NCBI GenBank assembly: GCA_964409515.1 | Contig: CAYPDY010000001.1 | Span: 6,072 to 63,393 of the forward strand | Length of the DNA: 57,322 bases | Reading direction: 5' to 3' | DNA from: an uncultured Dehalococcoidia bacterium | GTDB lineage: Bacteria; Chloroflexota; Dehalococcoidia; UBA2247; RBG-13-53-26 | Part shown: positions 52,601-57,322 of the stretch, one piece after another | How the letters are laid out: the number at the start of each line of letters is the position of its first letter | Numbering within the stretch: position 1 is the stretch's first letter | Program-made: the position numbers and the translations under genes | Notes under the pieces: generated by a model | The model's database searches: none | The model's input: the letters and a program-made list of their open reading frames with translations, nothing else | Told to the model about the DNA's origin: nothing

Positions 52601-54423
52601 ATGAAGATGATTTCGAGACGGACGAGGCGACGGTGGGAGACATGGACAGCATCCTGGACCAGTGCGCCACGCGGTTCCCGTCGCGGCGCCTGATCTGGCA
52701 CTACCGCAGCCGGCACGAGTCCCTGATCGCGGTCTCCAACCAGGAGTTCTACGAGAACCGTCTGCTGATCTACCCCAGTGCGGTCAGCTCCTCCGGCGAT
52801 CTCGGGCTCCATTTCATCCACGTCCCGGGAGCGGTCTACGAGCGCGGCCGCGGCCAGGTGAACCGCCGGGAAGCCAGGGTTGTGGCCGAGGCCGTCATGG
52901 AGCACTTCCGCCGGCGTCCCGGCAAGAGCCTGGGTGTGGGGGCGTTCAGCATCAAGCAGCAGCAGGCGATTGACAGCGAGATAGAGCTGGCCAGACGGCG
53001 GAGCCCGGGGATGGACCGTTTCTTCTCCCGCGACCGCGAGGAGCATTTCTTCGTCAAGAACCTGGAAACCATCCAGGGTGATGAGCGGGACGTCATCTTC
53101 CTCAGCATCGGGTACGGGTTCGATGCCGACGGTGTCCTGACGCACAACTTCGGTCCCCTGAACCAGGAAGGGGGCGAGCGCCGGCTGAACGTGCTCATAA
53201 CCAGGGCCAGGGAGAAGTGCGTGGTCTTCTCGAGCTTCCGGGCCGCCGACCTGTCGCTGGAGAGGGACGCCCGGCCCGGCCCCCGGGCGCTCGCGGTGTT
53301 CCTGGAGTACGCCGAGAACCGGACGCTGGCGAGCGTCGAGCAGGAGGGAGAAGCCGGGTCGCCGTTCGAGGACGCGGTGTTTGAGTTCCTGCGGGCCCGG
53401 GGCCACGCGGTGCGCCGGCAGGTGGGGTGCGCCCGTTTCCGTGTCGACCTGGGCATAGTCCATCCTCAGTCACCGGGCTGCTACCTCCTGGGCATCGAAG
53501 GCGACGGGGCCCAGTACCATTCTTCGAGGGTGGCGCGCGACCGGGACCGGCTGCGCGACGCGGTGCTGAGGGACAGAGGGTGGAGGATCCACCACGTCTG
53601 GTCGACCGACTGGTACCGGAGGCGGGAGGAGAGCCAGAAGACACTCCTCGCGGCCATCGAGCGGGCGGCGTCGGGGCCGCCGGCCCTGCCCGGTGCCGAC
53701 AGCGATGCAGCCGCCGGGGGGACAAGACAGACCGGGGACGACGCCGAAGACGAGGCCGGAGCGACGGCCGACCCGGCCGTCGGATCTGCGAATACGGCCG
53801 ACTTCGGCGAGGGCGCGGGAGCGACAGCGGCAGAGGCTGCGCTCTCCGGGGAGCGGCTGGAGGACATGGTATCTGACTACGAGGTCTGCCGGTCACTCGG
53901 GGTGCGCCGCAACGGGGAGCTGCAGAAGCAGACGCCGGCCGTCCTGGCCCTGGCCGTCGAGAACGTGGTGGCGGTGGAAGGGCCGGTCTGCCTCGATGAG
54001 GTGGTGCGCCGCGTCCGCCTCCTCTGGAACCGGGCGCGGTCCGGCGACCGCGTCCGCCAGGTAGTGGAGGAAGGCGTGCGGGTGGCGGCTGCCAACGGCC
54101 GCGTAGTGCGGCGCGGTGATTTCCTGTGGCCGCCCGGGGACGCCCCGCCCCGGGTGCGGCGCCGGCTCCAGGACCCGCCGGCAAAGATAGCCCTGATATG
54201 TGACGAGGAGATCGCGGAGGCGGTCAAACTGGTGGTCCGCTACCAGTCCGCCACACTGCCAGATGATCTGGCGACGCAGGCCTCCCGGGTGCTGGGGATG
54301 CAGAGCACCCCGGCCGGCGCGCGCGAGCGCATCGAAGGGGTGATTCGGAGCGCCCTCCGGGCCGGGGACCTTCGGGAGCTTCAGAACGGTATGATCGACC
54401 TGGAACAGGCGGCGGGCGGCTAG
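49645..54423 (+). CDS. DUF4011 - SF1 (Upf1-like, AAA_11/AAA_12) helicase - Vsr/DUF559-like endonuclease - DUF3320 protein
   Basis: DUF4011: RLLDLSLRNRLLNFRP. Walker A: GPPGTGKSQT (nt about 50554-50577). Motif II: LILFDEASQV. Also VVVMGDRRQLPPT, ETIQGDERDVIFLS and RRLNVLITRAREK. Endonuclease-like: FRVDLGIVHP...YLLGIEGDGAQYHSS...RDRGWRIHHVWSTDW (about 53350-53640). Low-complexity acidic/Ala linker. DUF3320-like tail: EGPVCLDEVVRRVRLLWN. Confidence 0.9.
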   Translation: MVESEKQLEIARGRLLDLSLRNRLLNFRPTRRRSIGIVDEVPAEIYDILVLNEKSMHFRPGDRAAAPDPEGVDRPPDRFLQTALESGELQERLYFLYQESASSMEEAGYSILYLALGFLEWQESDALPETRKAPLVLIPVELERAGVRTAFSLRWSGEDLSTNISLQAALARQGVLLPDFEMPDENEKEGINEYFQAVSRNIQEKPRWRVVTDIYLGFFSFRKFTMYRDLDPHAWPEDASPADAPLIRALFDPAYRAESVPGFDGEESDEKLRAADLYHIVDADPSQIAAIEDVKSGRNLVVEGPPGTGKSQTIANVIAESLAAGRSVLFVSEKMAALEVVKARLDQAGIGDFCLQLHSHKSNKREVLDELRRTLEMAAPGEVRLEEEFDRLDSLRSELNGYARELREPWGNLARSPFDLYCAGEGVRRHFEAAGRPMPAVSMSLPEGFDQKQWTQARSAFEGLGQALPLVAPVGANPWLGCRPASLLPSDVEEVRDLLARCAASLRRLEESIDAVVGLCAISRPASLEELGKATTAADIMAASVPVEAEALANPKWDGAGSPARDIISVVESTREEAGFLKFRFREDALGRADEIARMHEEYARSAGSPLRFLSGRYRDLNRQVAGLYRDGAPGDNSRKVSDLGHFRRYRELRQRIQEDDGMARSLFGRHWQAEASDPALLRRVADWVPSFRQMLSSGTIAGAAVSLVAAGLPAAELQKATGMLRTAGEAFSRDLTMVLERVGADCAAVFGGPKDGARFPDIGRRLEVWSGSLSGLDRWSQFVMLRDRCLESVGSPVADVVMQDRVEAADLVPCFEGNLVNALLRQAFEKRPHLARFFGLVHEKKIQDFADLDRGLIAANRRRLRQKLWRAMPRDPADASPGSAAGILQGELRKTRRHMPIRKLLVRCGPHIQKIKPCFMMSPLSIAQFLDPRSVRFDLILFDEASQVRPEDALGALLRANQVVVMGDRRQLPPTTFFDRIVHEDEDDFETDEATVGDMDSILDQCATRFPSRRLIWHYRSRHESLIAVSNQEFYENRLLIYPSAVSSSGDLGLHFIHVPGAVYERGRGQVNRREARVVAEAVMEHFRRRPGKSLGVGAFSIKQQQAIDSEIELARRRSPGMDRFFSRDREEHFFVKNLETIQGDERDVIFLSIGYGFDADGVLTHNFGPLNQEGGERRLNVLITRAREKCVVFSSFRAADLSLERDARPGPRALAVFLEYAENRTLASVEQEGEAGSPFEDAVFEFLRARGHAVRRQVGCARFRVDLGIVHPQSPGCYLLGIEGDGAQYHSSRVARDRDRLRDAVLRDRGWRIHHVWSTDWYRRREESQKTLLAAIERAASGPPALPGADSDAAAGGTRQTGDDAEDEAGATADPAVGSANTADFGEGAGATAAEAALSGERLEDMVSDYEVCRSLGVRRNGELQKQTPAVLALAVENVVAVEGPVCLDEVVRRVRLLWNRARSGDRVRQVVEEGVRVAAANGRVVRRGDFLWPPGDAPPRVRRRLQDPPAKIALICDEEIAEAVKLVVRYQSATLPDDLATQASRVLGMQSTPAGARERIEGVIRSALRAGDLRELQNGMIDLEQAAGG

Positions 54424-54432
54424 CCGGCCGGG

Positions 54433-54813
54433 CTACTCCATGCGCTTCACAATCCAGTCCTTGGCTTCCTCAAGGCTTCCGGCCACGTGCAGGTCGGGCC
54501 TGATGAGCTGAATGGCCATGACGATGGCCTTCTGCGCCCCCGACAGGCCCACCAGCACCGCCGGGCTGTCCGGTATCCCGTAGGACTTGGACGTTGCCAG
54601 CAGCTGCTTGCCCCTTTCGGTCACCGCCTTGGTTACCCGGGTGTCGCTCACATCCATGATCAGTGGCAGGATGCGGCCTTTCGGCTGTTTCAGGATTTCC
54701 CGTTCCAGGTCGGCGATGGCCTCGACGTAGGTCTTCTCGTCCTTGAGGCCGGTGAACTTGACCAGCAGAAGCCGCTTGCCCTTGTGTTCCGTCCACTGCC
54801 AGTATTGACTCAT
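54433..54813 (-). CDS. STAS/SpoIIAA-like small protein (hypothetical)
   Basis: Trimmed to MSQYWQWTEHKGKRLLLVKFTGL (GAGGAGGGG SD). The pattern resembles SpoIIAA-like/STAS folds. The assignment is weak. Confidence 0.5.
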   Translation of the reverse strand: MSQYWQWTEHKGKRLLLVKFTGLKDEKTYVEAIADLEREILKQPKGRILPLIMDVSDTRVTKAVTERGKQLLATSKSYGIPDSPAVLVGLSGAQKAIVMAIQLIRPDLHVAGSLEEAKDWIVKRME

Positions 54814-54915
54814 CACCCCTCCTCTAGAGTCAGCCCTTCCTCGCCACCCCATTGTATATGCGCGGGATATACAAGTCGAGACTCGAGGTTCTTTGTCGTG
54901 CCGGTCGACGCCCGT

Positions 54916-56352
54916 TCAGGAATTCGCGCCGAGCCTCTTGCCCAGCAGTTCCCGGATGATCCTGGGGTTGGCTTTGCCGCCGGAGGCCTGCATCACCTGG
55001 CCCACCAGGAACCCCATGGCCTTGGCCTGGCCCTTGCGGACGTCGGCCACCGCCTGTGGCTGAGCGGCCAGGACGCCGTCGATCAGGGCGTCCAGGGCGG
55101 CCTGGTCGGAGACCTGCCGGAAACCGCGGGCGCTGACGATCGTCTCCGGTGACTCGTCGCTGTCGAAGAGGTGCCCCAGCACCTCCCGTGCTGCGTTGGC
55201 GTTGATCTCGTCCTTCGCCAGCATCCGCAGCAGGGCGGCGAAGCGAGCGGGGGGCACCGGCGAAGCGGACAGCTCCTGCTGGCGCTCCCTGATGGTCGGG
55301 ATCAGCTGGGTGGTCAGCCAGTGCATGGCGGTGCGCGGCGCGATCCCCTCCCGCAGCAGCGCCTCGAAGTAGCCGGCCGTCTCCGGATCGGAGCTCAGGA
55401 ACCTGGCCTCCTCGCCGCTCAGCCCGTGCTGCCGGACTAGGCGCTCGGCCCTGGCCGCCGGCATCTCCGGGAGTCGCGAGCGCATCCTCTCGATCCATTC
55501 CGCAGACAGCTCGATGGCCGGCACCGAGGGGTCGGGGACGCACGGGCCCTCGAACTTGGCGCGCATGGGCAGCGTGGCCTTCTTGTCGGGGTCCCAGAGG
55601 CGGGTGTGCAGTATGACAGCCTCGCCCGCCTGCACGGCCGCGCCCTGGCGGCCGATCTCGTAGGCGATGGCGTCGGCCACGTGGCGGATGGAGTTCATGT
55701 TCTTGACCTCCACCTTGGTGTTCATCTGGGTGGTCCCCCGGGGGCGGATGGAGATGTTGGCATCGACCCGCATGGTGCCGCTCTCCATGCTGCACTCGGA
55801 GGAGCCCACGTAGCGCACCTGGGTGCGCAGCGCCTTGAGGAACTCCATGGCCTCGTAGGGCGCCCGGAAGTCCGGCTCGGTGACGATCTCCACCAGCGGG
55901 GCGCCGGCCCGGTTGAAGTCCACCAGGCTGATGGGTAGGCGCCCCTCCATCTCGTGCACCAGCCGGGCGACGTCTTCCTCCATGTGAATGTGATGGATGC
56001 GCAGTCTCTTCGGCTGGCCGACCTCGTCCGTGATGTCGATGCCGCCGCCCCGGGAAAGGGGGAGGTGGGCCTGCGACAGCTGGAATCCCTTGGGCAGGTC
56101 CGGGTAGTAGTAGACCTTCTGGTCGAAGGCGCTGCGGGGCTGCAGCTCGGCACCCAGTCCCAGGCACAGGAGCGAGGCCTTCTCCAGCGCCTCCTGGCTG
56201 AGGCGGGGCATGGCGCCCGGGAACCACAGGCAGGTGGGGCAGGTGTTGACGTTGGGCTCGTCGCCGGGGCGGTTGGGGCAATCGCAGAACATCTTGGTGG
56301 CGCAGTTGAGCTCAACGTGGATCTCCAGCCCGATGACAGCCTCGAACTCCAT
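54916..56352 (-). CDS. gatB: Asp-tRNA(Asn)/Glu-tRNA(Gln) amidotransferase subunit B
   Basis: Trimmed to MEFEAVIGLEIHVELNCATKMFCDCPN. Also FDQKVYYYPDLPKGFQLSQ, HMEEDVARL and a C-terminal YqeY-like tail (GKANPRIIRELL). Confidence 0.95.
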   Translation of the reverse strand: MEFEAVIGLEIHVELNCATKMFCDCPNRPGDEPNVNTCPTCLWFPGAMPRLSQEALEKASLLCLGLGAELQPRSAFDQKVYYYPDLPKGFQLSQAHLPLSRGGGIDITDEVGQPKRLRIHHIHMEEDVARLVHEMEGRLPISLVDFNRAGAPLVEIVTEPDFRAPYEAMEFLKALRTQVRYVGSSECSMESGTMRVDANISIRPRGTTQMNTKVEVKNMNSIRHVADAIAYEIGRQGAAVQAGEAVILHTRLWDPDKKATLPMRAKFEGPCVPDPSVPAIELSAEWIERMRSRLPEMPAARAERLVRQHGLSGEEARFLSSDPETAGYFEALLREGIAPRTAMHWLTTQLIPTIRERQQELSASPVPPARFAALLRMLAKDEINANAAREVLGHLFDSDESPETIVSARGFRQVSDQAALDALIDGVLAAQPQAVADVRKGQAKAMGFLVGQVMQASGGKANPRIIRELLGKRLGANS

Positions 56353-56354
56353 GG

Positions 56355-57322
56355 CTAGGCGCTCCTCCGGCGATGCGCCAGCAGGTATTCGCCCAGCGCC
56401 AGCAGGCGCCCGTCGCCCAGCCTCGGTCCGGCCAGCTGGAGTGCCGGGTGCGCCGCGCCCGGTGAGGCCGGGAGGCACAGGGCCGGCTGGCCGGTGACAT
56501 TGGCGAAGAGGGTGGGGGCGAACTCGGCATAGGTGTCGGACAGAGACTCGGGAGCATCGGATGAAGCGCCCGCCGGGAGCAGCAGGAAGTCCGCGTGCGC
56601 GGTGAGCTGCCGCATGCCGGCCAGGAGCCTGGCGCGGATGCGGCAGGCGTCCTCGAACGCCCCGTAGCGCTCAAACTGGAAGAAAGCCCCCTGGAACAGG
56701 TAGCTCTTCACCAGCGGGCCAAAGGCAGCGCCGCGCGAGAGCAGGTACATCTCGTTCCAGTTGCGGGCGCCCGGCGCCCGCGGGCCGTAGCGCACCGAAT
56801 CATAGCGACCGGCGCAGGACGAGGCCTCCACCGAGCCCACAATGCGATGGACGAGGGCGAACAGGGGATAGTCGGGGAACGACATATCGCGCAGGGAGAA
56901 GCCCGCCGCCGCGATCTCGTCGACCGCTGCCCGGAAGGCCTCCGCTTGTTCGGCGGTCAGGCTGCCGCACGCCTCGGTGATCACCCCGATGGCGGTCTTC
57001 TTCGGGTCGATTTCACTGGGGGAGAAGGCCGGCGGCCCTTCATCGGGCAGCGAGTAGTCCAACCCGTCCTGGCCGGCGATGGCCTGCAGGATGTCCCGCA
57101 CCTGGTCCAGGCTGCGGGAAAGCACGCCGCAGCACTCCATGGACGGGATCAGGCCGACCAATCCGAAGCGCGATACCAGCCCGTAGCTCGGCTTGAAGCC
57201 GCAGATGCCCGCGCGGGCCGCGGCCAGGCGGGTCTCGCCCATGAGGTCCAGCACCAGCTCGGCATCGGCTCCGCGCTCCGCGACGGAGCCGATGGCTTCC
57301 TGCTGTCCCACCGAGCCGCCGG
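56355..57322 (-). CDS. GatA-like amidase-signature protein, 5' part outside the window; nucleophile motif degenerate
   Basis: The open frame continues to the window edge (..PGGSVGQQEAIG..). It is collinear with GatA to the C-terminus (GFKPSYGLVSRFGLV, SVEASSCAGRYDSVRYG, ANVTGQPALCLP). The stop lies 2 nt before the gatB ATG. Confidence 0.85.
   Translation of the reverse strand, partial: GGSVGQQEAIGSVAERGADAELVLDLMGETRLAAARAGICGFKPSYGLVSRFGLVGLIPSMECCGVLSRSLDQVRDILQAIAGQDGLDYSLPDEGPPAFSPSEIDPKKTAIGVITEACGSLTAEQAEAFRAAVDEIAAAGFSLRDMSFPDYPLFALVHRIVGSVEASSCAGRYDSVRYGPRAPGARNWNEMYLLSRGAAFGPLVKSYLFQGAFFQFERYGAFEDACRIRARLLAGMRQLTAHADFLLLPAGASSDAPESLSDTYAEFAPTLFANVTGQPALCLPASPGAAHPALQLAGPRLGDGRLLALGEYLLAHRRRSA

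Noticed and set aside
50575-53463. 962-aa minus-strand ORF (and 53195..54184, 50478..51347) opposite the helicase gene
   Set aside because: Shadow ORFs. The plus frame has the complete SF1 helicase motif series.
49645-54423. Calling the helicase-nuclease a type II Mokosh system
   Set aside because: Mokosh is defined by a PLD-family nuclease (HxK motifs). I see none here. The nuclease-like block is Vsr/DUF559-type, so only the helicase class is shared.
54830-56281. 483-aa minus-strand ORF out of frame with gatB
   Set aside because: The Pro/Arg/Gly-rich product overlaps the unmistakable gatB frame (54916..56352) on the same strand.
1-57322. CRISPR arrays, tRNA/rRNA genes, integrases/transposases, prophage or island borders
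   Set aside because: I scanned intergenic regions and ORF translations by eye and saw no spaced direct-repeat arrays, no cloverleaf-like tRNA sequence, and no recombinase or transposase motifs. Absence by eye is not proof, so tRNAscan, Infernal and ISfinder-type searches would settle it.

Overview
GC-rich (about two-thirds G+C by eye, not computed), densely coding bacterial chromosomal segment. I call about 50 protein genes. I recognised no rRNA, tRNA, CRISPR array, integrase or transposase. Strong GGAGG-type Shine-Dalgarno sites and several ATGA stop/start overlaps helped place starts. Many ORF-track entries are long antisense shadow ORFs typical of high-GC DNA, and I rejected them. Lineage cannot be fixed from sequence alone. 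The gene set (AOR, DUF169, OFOR, small Cys/His proteins) looks like an anaerobic or facultative Chloroflexota- or Actinomycetota-like organism, which is only a guess.

Content from left to right:
- Redox and housekeeping genes: OFOR alpha (partial), NDH-2, VOC, Fe-S protein, cupin.
- A candidate nuclease module: a WYL-domain regulator divergent from a translationally coupled CpXC/zinc-ribbon gene and a DUF2779 (Cas4-like plus DnaQ-like) gene.
- A run of small nucleic-acid/zinc-binding genes (ASCH, CxxC-x17-CxxC).
- ABC-F ATPase, tandem USP, NarL-type response regulator, ferredoxin, hemerythrin, nitrilase-family hydrolase, tungsten-type aldehyde:ferredoxin oxidoreductase, MBL hydrolase.
- A chemoreceptor / SBP-histidine kinase / OmpR regulator block.
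- A long minus-strand block: pseudo-receiver, TreS-maltokinase fusion, flavodoxin, GNAT-ACS fusion, CorA-like, hydrolase.
- GH38.
- A 1633-aa Ser/Thr kinase-STAND-GAF-GGDEF protein next to a second diguanylate cyclase.
- A 1592-aa DUF4011 SF1 helicase / Vsr-like endonuclease / DUF3320 protein.
- gatB preceded by a gatA-like gene whose amidase nucleophile motif is degenerate.

The best candidates for something undescribed are the WYL / CpXC / DUF2779 locus (6.9-10.5 kb) and, second, the helicase-nuclease plus kinase-STAND-GGDEF neighbourhood (42-54 kb). All domain calls come from motif recognition by eye. No searches were run.
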